Below are positions 17,056 through 26,726 of a DNA stretch of 64,000 nt, piece after piece. How positions within the stretch are numbered: the first letter of the stretch is position 1; every line of letters begins with the position of its first letter. The position numbers were made by a program, and so were the translations under genes. The notes under the pieces were generated by a model. That model saw only the letters and a program-made list of their open reading frames with translations, did not search any database and was not told the DNA's origin. Source of the DNA: Deltaproteobacteria bacterium (GTDB lineage: Bacteria; Myxococcota_A; UBA9042; DTJE01); the NCBI GenBank assembly GCA_029547805.1, contig JAKPOP010000020.1, positions 9,797 to 73,796 of the forward strand. The letters are read 5' to 3'.

Positions 17056-19506
17056 ATGTCCGGAACGTCCAGGGTCTCGCCTCCTTCCCGGACCGGCGAA
17101 GTCCTTGGCGTCCTGCTGTCGCTGTTCGCGCTGCTCGTGCTGGTGGCGCTGGTCACCTCCGACCGCGCCGACGTGCAGGCGACGGTCGGGACCCGGACGG
17201 AAAACTTCCTGGGCCCCGTGGGTGCCCACATGGCGGACCTCTTCCTGTGGGCCCTGGGAATCGTCTCCTTTCCGCTGGTGACGCTGCTGGGATGGATCGG
17301 CGTCGGGGCCGTGATCGGGCGGCCTGTCCGCCTGGATGGACGCAATGCCTTCTCGGCCCTGGCCCTGCTCATCTCCCTGGCCACGCTGCTGCACCTGGCG
17401 GCGGGCTCGGTGGACCTCCTGGGATACCCGCCCGGAGGAACACTGGGCATCCACGCCGGAGAGGGCCTGTCGGTGCTCCTTTCCGACCGGGGGGCCGTGC
17501 TGGTCTCGGTCCTCGTGATCGTGATCTCCGGGACGCTGCTGGTGGATCGACCGGTCGGGGGGCTCTACCGGTTCGTCGGGAGGGCCCTCTGGCACCTGGT
17601 GCGCTGGCCGACCCGGACCTTCCTCTCCTGGTGGCGCAGGCCCCGGCCCACCGAACCGCCGATCCCCGTCGAGACGGAACCGGTGGTGGTCGCCGAGGCC
17701 TCCGATAGCCAGGAGGCGACCCGCCGGGAGGTACGCCCCCCGATGGACCCGCCGGCCACCTCGTCGACGGGACCGAGGCACTGGCCCGGCGACCCGGTGA
17801 CGTTGCCTCCGGCGGACCCGCCCACGGAGGACCTGCCGCCGGTGGTGGAGGTCCCCCTGCGGGACATTCCCATTCGCGGCGGTCCGCCGGCTTCCGACCC
17901 CGGTCCCGAGGAGGCCCCCCCGAGGACCCGGACCACCCAGGGACCTCGGATCGTGGTGACCCCCCAGAAGGCCCCGGCGGTCCAGGAGACCCTGCACCTG
18001 CCCCGGACCACCGCCCAACCCTGGGTGCCCCCTCCCCTCTCGCTGCTGGACAGCCAGGAGAGCCGGGGTCCCGTGGTCGATCCCGATTTCCTGAGGCGCA
18101 ACGCCGCGGTGCTGGAGCGGAAACTGCTGGACTACAAGGTCGAGGGAAAGGTCGTCGAGATCCACCCGGGCCCCGTGGTGACGATGTACGAGTTCCTGCC
18201 GGCACCCGGGGTCAAGATCAGTCAGATCGCTGCGCTGGCGGACGACCTCACGATGGCCCTGGAGGCCGTCAGCATCCGCATCGTCGCCCCGATCCCCGGC
18301 AAGGGCGTCGTCGGCATCGAGGTCCCGAACGCCGTCCGGGAGACGGTCTATCTGCGGGAGATCCTCGCCAGCGAGTCCTTCACGAAGACCCGCAGCAAGC
18401 TGACCCTGGCCCTCGGCAAGGACATCTTCGGGACTCCCGTCTCGACGGACCTCTCCCGGATGCCGCACCTGCTCATTGCGGGAGCCACGGGGGCCGGCAA
18501 GTCCGTGGCCATCAACGCCTTCATCCTGAGCCTCCTCTACAACGCCTCTCCCGAGGAGGTCCGCCTGATCCTGGTGGACCCCAAGGTGGTCGAACTGCAG
18601 GTCTACGAAGGCATCCCGCACCTGCTGCTGCCGGTGGTCTATGACCCGAAGCACGCCGCCGCGGCGCTCCGGTGGGCGGTCGAGGAGATGGAACGCCGCT
18701 ACCAGTTGCTGGCTCGCTTCAACTGCCGCAACCTCCAGTCCTTCAACCAGCGGGTGGACCGCCTCCAGCAGAACCGGCCGGACCTTCCCCTGGGGGTCGA
18801 TCTCCAGGAAGAGACCCAGGTCACCAGCGTTCCCGGGAACCCCGAGGAGGAGACCGACCCGGACCAGATGGAGCGCCTTCCCTACATCGTGATCGTGCTG
18901 GACGAGTTCGCGGACCTGATGATGATCGCCTCCAAGGACGTGGAGCACGCGGTGGCGCGCCTGGCCCAGAAGGCCCGGGCCGCGGGCATCCACCTCGTGA
19001 TGGCCACCCAGCGCCCCTCGAAGGAGGTCATCACCGGGCTGATCAAGGCCAACTTCACCACCCGGATCGCCTTCCGGGTCTCCTCGAAGATCGACAGCCG
19101 CATCATCCTGGACCAGGGAGGCGCCGACGCCCTGCTGGGCTTCGGCGACATGCTGTTCCTCCGGCCGGGGTCCTCGGTGCTGGAGCGGGTCCACGGACCC
19201 TTCGTGTCCGACGAGGAGGTCGCCCGGGTCACGGCCCACCTGAAGGCCCAGGGGAGCCCCGACTACCGCATGGAGATCCTCCAGGCCGCCGCGGAGGAGG
19301 CCGATAAGGAGCAGGACGAGGAGCAGGACGACCTGCTGGTGGAGGCCCAGGCCATCGTGATGGAGAGCCGGCGGGCCAGCATCTCGTTCCTGCAGCGCCG
19401 CCTCAAGATCGGGTACAACCGATCGGCCCGGATCATGGAGCAACTGGAGCGACGGGGAGTGGTCGGGCCTCCGGACAGTCGCGGGGAACGACAGGTCCTC
19501 GTCTGA
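17056..19506 (+). CDS. ftsK: DNA translocase FtsK.
   Basis: The Shine-Dalgarno GAGGAGG sits 4-5 nt before ATG. The N-terminus has four predicted transmembrane helices and is followed by a Pro-rich linker. The FtsK alpha/beta motor has Walker A GATGAGKS and Walker B VIVLDEFADLM. The C-terminal gamma domain winged helix is LQRRLKIGYNRSARIMEQLE. Confidence 0.85.
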   Translation: MSGTSRVSPPSRTGEVLGVLLSLFALLVLVALVTSDRADVQATVGTRTENFLGPVGAHMADLFLWALGIVSFPLVTLLGWIGVGAVIGRPVRLDGRNAFSALALLISLATLLHLAAGSVDLLGYPPGGTLGIHAGEGLSVLLSDRGAVLVSVLVIVISGTLLVDRPVGGLYRFVGRALWHLVRWPTRTFLSWWRRPRPTEPPIPVETEPVVVAEASDSQEATRREVRPPMDPPATSSTGPRHWPGDPVTLPPADPPTEDLPPVVEVPLRDIPIRGGPPASDPGPEEAPPRTRTTQGPRIVVTPQKAPAVQETLHLPRTTAQPWVPPPLSLLDSQESRGPVVDPDFLRRNAAVLERKLLDYKVEGKVVEIHPGPVVTMYEFLPAPGVKISQIAALADDLTMALEAVSIRIVAPIPGKGVVGIEVPNAVRETVYLREILASESFTKTRSKLTLALGKDIFGTPVSTDLSRMPHLLIAGATGAGKSVAINAFILSLLYNASPEEVRLILVDPKVVELQVYEGIPHLLLPVVYDPKHAAAALRWAVEEMERRYQLLARFNCRNLQSFNQRVDRLQQNRPDLPLGVDLQEETQVTSVPGNPEEETDPDQMERLPYIVIVLDEFADLMMIASKDVEHAVARLAQKARAAGIHLVMATQRPSKEVITGLIKANFTTRIAFRVSSKIDSRIILDQGGADALLGFGDMLFLRPGSSVLERVHGPFVSDEEVARVTAHLKAQGSPDYRMEILQAAAEEADKEQDEEQDDLLVEAQAIVMESRRASISFLQRRLKIGYNRSARIMEQLERRGVVGPPDSRGERQVLV

Positions 19507-19553
19507 TCCGGACCGCTGGGGACAGCCCCCTCAGGGAGACGGGACGGGGCAGG

Positions 19554-21020
19554 TCAGGGAGCCGGCGTCCGTCCGTAGAGGCGATCCCGAAGGGCCTGGA
19601 TGGTCCGAAGGACCGTGGTCCCGGTGGTGCGCCCGAGGGACATCGTCCGCTCGTACTCGTAGTTCGGGGAGTCCCAGTCCTCCTCCCGGACCATGTAGCC
19701 CACCTCGTCGTTGCCCAACGCCACCGTGAAGACCACGGGAGCCTGGGCCGTGGCGTCCATCTCCGCCACCAGCGGCGGCGCCGGCTCCCCGGGCACCGTG
19801 TGGAGGTCGAAGAGGGGGGCGCCCTGGTGCCGGGCCTGGACCACCGCCACCTCGGTCGGCAGGAAGATCTGCCGCCCTCGTGTCACCACGCTGCGCTGGA
19901 TCAGGCCCCGGTTTCCCATGTACTCGAACACCCAGTTCTTCTGCAGCAGTTCCAGGTCCTGGTGGTCCAGATGCAGGGAGATCCCCCCGGGCCCCACCGC
20001 CGGATCCGCCCGGTCCAGGGCCTGGGTCACCGCATCGGCGAGTCCATCGGCGACCCGGTGCATGAGGGCCAGGCGCTCCTCGATGCTCATGTGCTTCAGG
20101 AAGACGGTCATGATGTCCCGCTTGGGGTCCAGGGCCATCTTCTCCTCCCCGGGGTCGATGGAGACCAGGCCTCCCAGGGCCCCCATGACCAGGATCGGGA
20201 CCCCCAGGCCCCGTTCCTGCATCCGTCGATAGAAGGCACCGGCCCAGTCGGCGGACAACTGGTCGTCGTTCCAGAGGGCCTCCACGTGGCAGCCCCAGTT
20301 GGCCAGCACCGCGATGGGGGTCCCGTCCTCTCCCTGGACCTGGAGCACCCGGACCACGTCGTCCTTCTGGTTGGCGATGGCCGGATGGATGTTTCGGGAG
20401 AGGGTCGGGTCCACGAGCCCCTTGGCCACGCGAATGCGGGCCGGGCGCGCGGATCGGACCGCCTGGTCCACTCCCGCCGCGACGATGCGCTGGAGGGCCT
20501 CCATGTATTCCGGGACGCGGCCCGAGCAGACGGGGATGTAGCCCAGGCAGGCGGGCCCCCAGTAGCCGATCGTGTCCGGTCCCACGTGGTTGTGGATCGA
20601 CGCCACCACGACGTTCTGGGCCCATCGATCGGTGATCCTGGCCCGCAGCGACCGGGAGTCATCGTTGCCGTAGCCGATGGTGTCCAGTTCAATGAGCACG
20701 AAGGGGGTCTTCCCGTCGTCCAGATAGAGAATGTGGGCGAAGACCGGGTCCCGGACGCCACGGTTCTTGCGTCCCATGTCGAACCCGCCCAGGTAGATCC
20801 CCTCCCGGTAGGCCAGGTCCGTGGTGATGTCCACCATCGCCGCCCCGGCGTAGAGGATGCCCCGGCCCTCGGCGGCGATCCGGGCGTGGGCCTCGTCCAG
20901 CGCCCGGGTCGGCGTCGGCAGGCCCAACTGGTCCAGCCGCCCCTCCTTCACCTGCATCGACCCGCAGCACCCCGCTCCCACCCACACGACCGCTCCGATG
21001 ACCAGGATGGCTCGCCGCAT
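19554..21020 (-). CDS. Lipoprotein with similarity to the neutral/alkaline ceramidase N-terminal catalytic domain family.
   Basis: The Shine-Dalgarno AGGAGGA lies 3 nt upstream of ATG (MRRAILVIGAVVWVGAGCC, lipobox). The ceramidase-like motifs are AAMVDITTDLAYREG...GYGNDDSRSLRARITDRWAQNVVVASIHNHVGP (compare ATHTHSGP). The protein is shorter than canonical ceramidases. Confidence 0.45.
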   Translation of the reverse strand: MRRAILVIGAVVWVGAGCCGSMQVKEGRLDQLGLPTPTRALDEAHARIAAEGRGILYAGAAMVDITTDLAYREGIYLGGFDMGRKNRGVRDPVFAHILYLDDGKTPFVLIELDTIGYGNDDSRSLRARITDRWAQNVVVASIHNHVGPDTIGYWGPACLGYIPVCSGRVPEYMEALQRIVAAGVDQAVRSARPARIRVAKGLVDPTLSRNIHPAIANQKDDVVRVLQVQGEDGTPIAVLANWGCHVEALWNDDQLSADWAGAFYRRMQERGLGVPILVMGALGGLVSIDPGEEKMALDPKRDIMTVFLKHMSIEERLALMHRVADGLADAVTQALDRADPAVGPGGISLHLDHQDLELLQKNWVFEYMGNRGLIQRSVVTRGRQIFLPTEVAVVQARHQGAPLFDLHTVPGEPAPPLVAEMDATAQAPVVFTVALGNDEVGYMVREEDWDSPNYEYERTMSLGRTTGTTVLRTIQALRDRLYGRTPAP

Positions 21021-21267
21021 CGATCCTCCTGCCCGATGTCGCCCCCGTTGGCGACCGCCGCAACGATATCCCTCCCCGATGCCCCCGTAAATAGGGACCG
21101 TCACCGAATGACCCCACCGAACCCCTGGTTCCGCCGGAAGGATTTGCGGCGGCGCGCCGGACGTCGGGGCGCCTCGACGGGAGGCATTGCGGGGCCTCCG
21201 GCGTTACAATGCCTCGGCGCATCCCATCCGGACTTCCCGGAGGATGGAGCCATCCAAGGAGGGGACC

Positions 21268-23451
21268 GTGATTGGACGGCGGGTGTCACGGGTCGCGGCG
21301 CTGTGGATCACCCTGGCAACGGCCGCCTGCACCCGACTGGTCGACGACCGGCCCGAGGAAGTCGGCCCCCCGGACCTCCCTGGACAGGACCAGGGAGCGG
21401 CGGAACTGCCGGACACCGTCGAGGCAGAGGCGATCGAGGCCTGCCCCGGTGCCCTGCGATGCCCCTGCGAACAGGGCTCCGACTGCGACTCCAGCCTGTG
21501 CCTGGACTCCCTGGAGGGAATGGTCTGCTCCACCCTCTGCGGCCTGGGCCAGAGTTGTCTCCCGGGATGGCACTGCCTGGAGGTCTCGACGGGCTTCGAC
21601 CCGATCCACGGATGCGTACCGGCGGCCCCGAGCCTCTGTCGTCCCTGCATCAGCGACCAGGACTGCGCCCCGAAGGCGGGGGCCCCCGAGGGCCTCTGGG
21701 TCTGCATCTCCCACGGCGACGACGGAAGTTTCTGCGGGGCCCCGTGCCAGGAGGACCGGGACTGCCCCGACCAGCCGGTGGCCTTCCGATGCGATGCGAT
21801 TCCGCTGGCAGCCGGCGGGACCGTGCGCCAGTGCGTCCCGGCATCGGGGCAATGTCCCTGCACGGACAAGTTTCGGACGGCCCTCTTCGAGACCATCTGC
21901 CAGATCCGCAACGAACATGGGGTCTGTCCCGGACGGCGAACCTGCGATGAGGCGTGCCAGGGAACGGCCCCCGAGGCCGAGACCTGCAACGGCCTCGACG
22001 ACGATTGCGATGGCGAGACCGACGAGGACCTCCCGCCCCTGCCGTGCGAGATTCAGAATGCCTACGGGGCCTGCCCTGGCCGCCGCCCCTGCCTGTCGGG
22101 CAGCCTGGGTCCCTGCGATGCCCCGACCCCGGCCCTGGAGGCCTGCAACGGCCTGGACGACAACTGCGACGGCCGGACCGACGAGGAGTTTCCGGATCGG
22201 GACCGGGACGGGATCGCCGACTGCGTGGACCCGGACATCGACGGGGACGGCATCTTGAACGATGGGGACCGCTGCCCGTACGACCCCGACCCGGACCAGG
22301 CGGACAACGACGGAGACGGGCCTGGGGACGCCTGTGACGACGACGACGACAACGACGGGACGCCGGACCCTGCGGACCTCTGTCCCCGGGTCCCCGACCC
22401 CCCGGACGGGACCCCTGGGGACGCCGACGGCGACGGCCTGGGAGACCGCTGCGACTGCGATGCCGACGACGACGGCTGGTCCAATCCAGGGCTCACGGAC
22501 TTCGCCGGGACGCCCTGTTCCCTGACGAGCCCGGCCCGGGACAACTGCCCCCGGGTGTCCAATCCGGACCAGCAGGACACGGATCGCGACGGGACCGGGG
22601 ACGCCTGCGACTGCGACGTGGACGCCGACGGCATCCCGAACAACAACCCCGGCTGTCCCGAGGTCCAGACACCGGACAACTGCCGGCAGGTGCCCAACCC
22701 GGACCAGGCGGACGGGGATGGGGATCGGATCGGGGACGCCTGCGACTGCGACCTGGACAACGACGGCGTTCAGAATCCCAATCCTGGCTGTCCTGAACCC
22801 CTTCCGGCGGACGACTGCCCCCTGGTCTCCAACCCCGACCAGCAGGACACCGACGGGGATGGCGATGGGGATGCCTGCGACTGCGATGCCGATGGAGACG
22901 GCGTCCCGAACCCGGCTCCTGGATGTCCCGACCCGGGTCCCCTGGGCGACAACTGCCCCCTGGTCTTCAATCCCGACCAGCGGAACACCAGCGGGGGACC
23001 GTTCGGGGACGCCTGCAACCCCGACCTCGACGACGACGGGGTCCCGGTGGACCAGGACAACTGCCCGGCGGTCCCGAACCCGGACCAACGGGACGCCGAC
23101 GGCGATGGCCAGGGCGACGCCTGCGACTGCGACGGGGACGGGGACGGCTTCGGAAACCTGGGCCTGGACCTCGACGGTCGCCCGTGTCCGACCCCGCCGA
23201 TCCTGGACAACTGCCCTCGGATTGCGAATCGGGACCAGGCCGACCTGGACCGGGACGGCATCGGCGATGCCTGCGACTGCGACGTGGACGGCGACGGGGA
23301 CCCCCAGCCCAATTTCGAGTGCCCGACCCCGATTCCGGCCGACTGCGACCCCTTCGACCCGGAAGTCGCCCACCTCGCCCCGGAGCGCTGCCGGAACGGC
23401 GTCGACGACAACTGCAACGGCGTGGTCGACGAACCCGGTTGCGTGGAATGA
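21268..23451 (+). CDS. Secreted lipoprotein with an N-terminal Cys-rich region, Myxococcales CNGxDDDCDG repeats, and about 25 thrombospondin type-3-like Ca-binding repeats (DxDxDGxxDxxDxCP).
   Basis: The best start is GTG 21268 with AGGAGGGG 4 nt upstream (MIGRRVSRVAALWITLATAAC). Alternative in-frame starts are at 21187 (TTG) and 21244 (ATG). The repeated Asp-rich motifs CPxxPNPDQxDxDGDGxGDACDxDxD are visible throughout. Confidence 0.6.
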   Translation: MIGRRVSRVAALWITLATAACTRLVDDRPEEVGPPDLPGQDQGAAELPDTVEAEAIEACPGALRCPCEQGSDCDSSLCLDSLEGMVCSTLCGLGQSCLPGWHCLEVSTGFDPIHGCVPAAPSLCRPCISDQDCAPKAGAPEGLWVCISHGDDGSFCGAPCQEDRDCPDQPVAFRCDAIPLAAGGTVRQCVPASGQCPCTDKFRTALFETICQIRNEHGVCPGRRTCDEACQGTAPEAETCNGLDDDCDGETDEDLPPLPCEIQNAYGACPGRRPCLSGSLGPCDAPTPALEACNGLDDNCDGRTDEEFPDRDRDGIADCVDPDIDGDGILNDGDRCPYDPDPDQADNDGDGPGDACDDDDDNDGTPDPADLCPRVPDPPDGTPGDADGDGLGDRCDCDADDDGWSNPGLTDFAGTPCSLTSPARDNCPRVSNPDQQDTDRDGTGDACDCDVDADGIPNNNPGCPEVQTPDNCRQVPNPDQADGDGDRIGDACDCDLDNDGVQNPNPGCPEPLPADDCPLVSNPDQQDTDGDGDGDACDCDADGDGVPNPAPGCPDPGPLGDNCPLVFNPDQRNTSGGPFGDACNPDLDDDGVPVDQDNCPAVPNPDQRDADGDGQGDACDCDGDGDGFGNLGLDLDGRPCPTPPILDNCPRIANRDQADLDRDGIGDACDCDVDGDGDPQPNFECPTPIPADCDPFDPEVAHLAPERCRNGVDDNCNGVVDEPGCVE
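22180..23300 (+). repeat. Coding array of thrombospondin type-3-like Asp-rich repeats (a degenerate period of about 24-36 aa).
   Basis: The codon strings for DxDxDGxxDxCD and NPDQxDxD recur (gacggggacggc, aacccggaccag). Confidence 0.55.
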
Positions 23452-23579
23452 GGTCGGGCCGACGGGTACCGGTGCGCGGCAGCCCCCCCTCCCCGCCGGT
23501 TTCAGGACCTGGCACTTCCCCTTGACCGGCCCTTTCGCCGAGGCCTAGACTCCCGGCAGCATCTGGCAGGAGGTCCACC

Positions 23580-24476
23580 GTGTCCGACCCCGTCCGGATC
23601 GTCTTCGAACGCCCGCCATCCCTCGGTTCCGGATACCGCCGGGCCTTCCTGGACGCCCTCCTTCGGCGGAAGCGAGGCCCCACCACCGACCAGCCCCAGG
23701 AACCCCTGGAAGCGGCCTGCGATCACCTCGCCATCGACCCGGGGCAGGTCCAGGCCTACCGGCGGGTCTGCGGCTTCCCGGAGGGGACGGAGGTCCCGGT
23801 CACCTTTCCCCACATCCTGGCGGCCCCGCTGCACCTGGCCCTGTTGACCCACTCCCGGTGCCGGATCCCTGCCGCCGGGATCATCCATGCCCGCAACCTG
23901 ATCCGCCAGTTCCGTCCGCTGGCCCCGGGGCAGGTCCTGGCCGTCACCGTCCGGCTGGAGGGCCACCGGGAGGTCCGCAATGGCTACGAGGCCGACGTCC
24001 TGACGGAGGCCCGTGCGGAGGGCGAGGTCGCCTGGGAGAGCGTCACGACGGTCTTCGTCCGGCGGAAGTCCCCCGGGGCCCAAGGCGATTCCCCGGGGAA
24101 GTCCGCCACACCCCCCGGGGAGGGCCCGGCCGTCCGCCAGTCGCTCGAGGTCTCGCTCCCCCCGGACCAGGGGCGTCGATATGCCTCCGTGAGCGGCGAC
24201 TACAACCCGATTCACCTGTATCCCTGGTCCGCCCGGCTCCTGGGCTTCTCCCGGCCGATCATCCACGGCATGTGGTCCCTGGCGCGCTGCGTCGCGGCGA
24301 TCCCCGCTCCGCCCCTGCCCCAGGCCCTGGAGGTGGAGTTCCGCCGGCCCATCTCGCTACCGGGCAAGGTACGCCTGGAAGCGGGGGAGAGCGACGGCGG
24401 ATCCTTCTTCCGAATGGTCCACCCGGAGACGGGCAAGGCCTACCTGACGGGACGTTTCGTGCCGTTTGGGTCCTGA
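23580..24476 (+). CDS. MaoC-like (R)-specific enoyl-CoA hydratase/dehydratase hot-dog fold protein.
   Basis: GTG start with GGAGG about 8 nt upstream. The hot-dog/MaoC signature is SGDYNPIHLYPWSARLLGFSRPIIHGMW. Confidence 0.65.
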   Translation: MSDPVRIVFERPPSLGSGYRRAFLDALLRRKRGPTTDQPQEPLEAACDHLAIDPGQVQAYRRVCGFPEGTEVPVTFPHILAAPLHLALLTHSRCRIPAAGIIHARNLIRQFRPLAPGQVLAVTVRLEGHREVRNGYEADVLTEARAEGEVAWESVTTVFVRRKSPGAQGDSPGKSATPPGEGPAVRQSLEVSLPPDQGRRYASVSGDYNPIHLYPWSARLLGFSRPIIHGMWSLARCVAAIPAPPLPQALEVEFRRPISLPGKVRLEAGESDGGSFFRMVHPETGKAYLTGRFVPFGS

Positions 24477-24496
24477 GGTCCCCGGTCCGGTTCCGA

Positions 24497-25939
24497 TCAG
24501 GACCCGGCGTGGCGGGTCCGCCGGAGGAGACCCCAGGCGAGGCCCAGGATCCCCAGAATCCATGCAACACCTGCCGGCAGGGTGCCGGCGTGGCAACCGG
24601 ACTTGCCCCCACTGGAACTCGTGTCCCAGTAGGCCGACAGGTCCTTCGGTTGATACCCGTCCACCGCAGGGGTCGCGTCCTCGGCTGAAACGGCGTCCCG
24701 CTCCGAGGCCTCCGGCGTGGTCCCGTCTCCGGTCGAGGCCCCGTCCTCGCCGGCGGCCTCGTCCGCGCCTCCGGTTCCATCGGCCGGAGGCACCACCGTG
24801 TCGTCCACCCACCCGATCACCACGAGTCCCTGTCCTCCGGCCCAGCAGGCCCCCGGGTCTGCGCAGGCCAGCGTGATCAGTGCCCCGACGTTCTGGGTCG
24901 GCAGGTCCGGCACCTCCTGGAGCGCTCCTCCCTGGATCCGGAAGATCGTGTGCACCGACTGGTCCTGTCCGTAGGGGGCACTGGCGATCAGCCACCCGCT
25001 CTGGGCATCGAACATCCACAGGGCGTTGAGCCACTTCAGCGCCGGGGCCGGCTGGCCGTTCACCTGGAACGTCGGGGCCGGGACCGGGACGTCCTCCCAG
25101 TGGAGGCCACCATCGCGGGTCCGCCGCAGGAAAAAGCCCTGGAGCGTGTGACCCATCATCCAGCCGTCCTGCTCGCTCGTCATCCAGAGGCGGTCATAGG
25201 CCTCGGTCTGGCCCTGGAACAGCAACGTCCAGGTCTCACCCCCATCGGAGGTCTTGAGCAGCGCCCCCTCCGGTGCAATCGTCTCGACGCCCTTGTCGTC
25301 GGTTTTCGCATTGGCGTTCAGGGCGTAGCCGATGGTCGCGGTGGGAAAGGACATCTCCACGATGTTCATGAACCGGGTTCCGTCGGCGAGGGTCGGGACC
25401 TTCCACCCCATCTTGGCGCCCCCGTCGGTGGTGTGCAGCACCACGGTGGCTCCGTCGCACAGCCACAATTCCCGATCCGAGACCGGCACGATCCGGCTCA
25501 CGGTGCGGCCCATCAACTGGGTCGCCGGGGGCCAGGTCCAGGTCTTTCCGCCGTCGATGCTGGGGATCAGGTTGGTCCGGATGTCGATGCCCGCCGCCTG
25601 GCTCACGCTGTTGGCCATCGCGTAGCAGCGCCCCGAGGGGAAGCAGATCATGTCGCCGACGAAGAGGATGGCATCGGGCTTGTGGCCCTGGGCCGGCTGG
25701 ATGCTCCATCTGGACCCGTCGGAGGTGATCAGTTTCACGGGCGCCGCATTGTCGCTCCCGGGCTGCTTCTGGAGGCCGAAGGCCACCGCGTGGGTCCGGT
25801 CCACCGCACCGATCGACGTCACCGCGCTGTCCGAGTTGCCGTCACCGGCCTGCAGCACCCAGGGGGCGGCGAGCCCGGAAGACCCGGTCATCCACAGGCC
25901 CGCCACGACCGCCGCTGTCCAGAAGGTCCTTCCGTTCAT
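24497..25939 (-). CDS. Secreted BNR/Asp-box (Ycf48-like/sialidase-like beta-propeller) repeat protein with a MYXO-CTERM-type C-terminal sorting tail.
   Basis: Signal peptide at the N-terminus. The repeated SxDGGxTW motifs are IDGGKTWT, TDGGAKMGW and SDGGETWT. The C-terminus is SGCHAGTLPAGVAWILGILGLAWGLLRRTRH, which is Cys, a hydrophobic helix and an Arg-rich tail. Confidence 0.6.
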   Translation of the reverse strand: MNGRTFWTAAVVAGLWMTGSSGLAAPWVLQAGDGNSDSAVTSIGAVDRTHAVAFGLQKQPGSDNAAPVKLITSDGSRWSIQPAQGHKPDAILFVGDMICFPSGRCYAMANSVSQAAGIDIRTNLIPSIDGGKTWTWPPATQLMGRTVSRIVPVSDRELWLCDGATVVLHTTDGGAKMGWKVPTLADGTRFMNIVEMSFPTATIGYALNANAKTDDKGVETIAPEGALLKTSDGGETWTLLFQGQTEAYDRLWMTSEQDGWMMGHTLQGFFLRRTRDGGLHWEDVPVPAPTFQVNGQPAPALKWLNALWMFDAQSGWLIASAPYGQDQSVHTIFRIQGGALQEVPDLPTQNVGALITLACADPGACWAGGQGLVVIGWVDDTVVPPADGTGGADEAAGEDGASTGDGTTPEASERDAVSAEDATPAVDGYQPKDLSAYWDTSSSGGKSGCHAGTLPAGVAWILGILGLAWGLLRRTRHAGS

Positions 25940-25975
25940 CCCGTCCTCCCTCGTTGCCGGGCGGCCTGGGCCGTC

Positions 25976-26722
25976 CTACTCGTCCTCGAAGCCCAACAGT
26001 TCGTCCAGGTTCGGCACCAGCACGATCTCGATCCGCCGGTTCTGGGCCCGGCCCTCGGGGGTGTCGTTGGGGGCCACCGGGGAAAACTTGCCGTATCCCG
26101 CCGCCGAGAGGCGCTCCGGGGGCATCCCCATCTCGATCATCTGGAGCACCACCTCCCGGGCCCGGTTCAGGGACAGGGTCCAGTTGTACTCGTCGCCGCC
26201 CACGTCGTCCGTGTGGCCGGTGACCTGGAAGGCGCGCCCCTCGATGGACCGCAGCACGGAGGTCAACTGTGCCAGGGCCTCCAGTCCCTCGGGCTTCAAC
26301 TTGAACTTCCCGGAGTCGAAGAGCACCTTCTCGGCCATCTCCACGACCATCCGTCCCTTGTCCACCCGGACCTTCAGTTTCCCGGCCGCCACCATCTCCT
26401 GCAGTTTGCCCCGCAGTTCCCGCAACTTGGCCTTGCGCCGCTCCGCCTGCTGACGCAGTTCCTCCATCCGGGCCAGGGCCTTCTGGAGGTCCGCCGAGAG
26501 GGCGCTCCGGTCCCTCCCCAGCGCCGCCAGTTCCTCGGTGAGGCGGTCCCGCTCGCCCCGAAGGCCATCCCTGGCCTGGACGCACTCCGCCTTCTCCCGC
26601 TCGGTGGCATTCAACTGGTCCCGCAGGAGCCCGACGTCCTTCTGGTACACGTCCTTCGAGATCCCGCACGCCGCCAGGGGCAGCAGTGCCAGCCCCCACA
26701 TCCAGGTCCCTGTCCTCCTCAT
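25976..26722 (-). CDS. OmpA-family lipoprotein. It has an N-terminal lipobox, a coiled-coil segment and a C-terminal OmpA-like peptidoglycan-binding domain.
   Basis: The lipobox is LLPLAAC. The OmpA_C signature is FDSGKFKLKPEGLEALAQLTSVL...VTGHTDDVGGDEYNWTLSLNRAREVVLQMIEMGMPPERLSAAGYGKFSPVAPNDTPEGRAQNRRIEIVL. Confidence 0.75.
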   Translation of the reverse strand: MRRTGTWMWGLALLPLAACGISKDVYQKDVGLLRDQLNATEREKAECVQARDGLRGERDRLTEELAALGRDRSALSADLQKALARMEELRQQAERRKAKLRELRGKLQEMVAAGKLKVRVDKGRMVVEMAEKVLFDSGKFKLKPEGLEALAQLTSVLRSIEGRAFQVTGHTDDVGGDEYNWTLSLNRAREVVLQMIEMGMPPERLSAAGYGKFSPVAPNDTPEGRAQNRRIEIVLVPNLDELLGFEDE

Positions 26723-26726
26723 CTGT

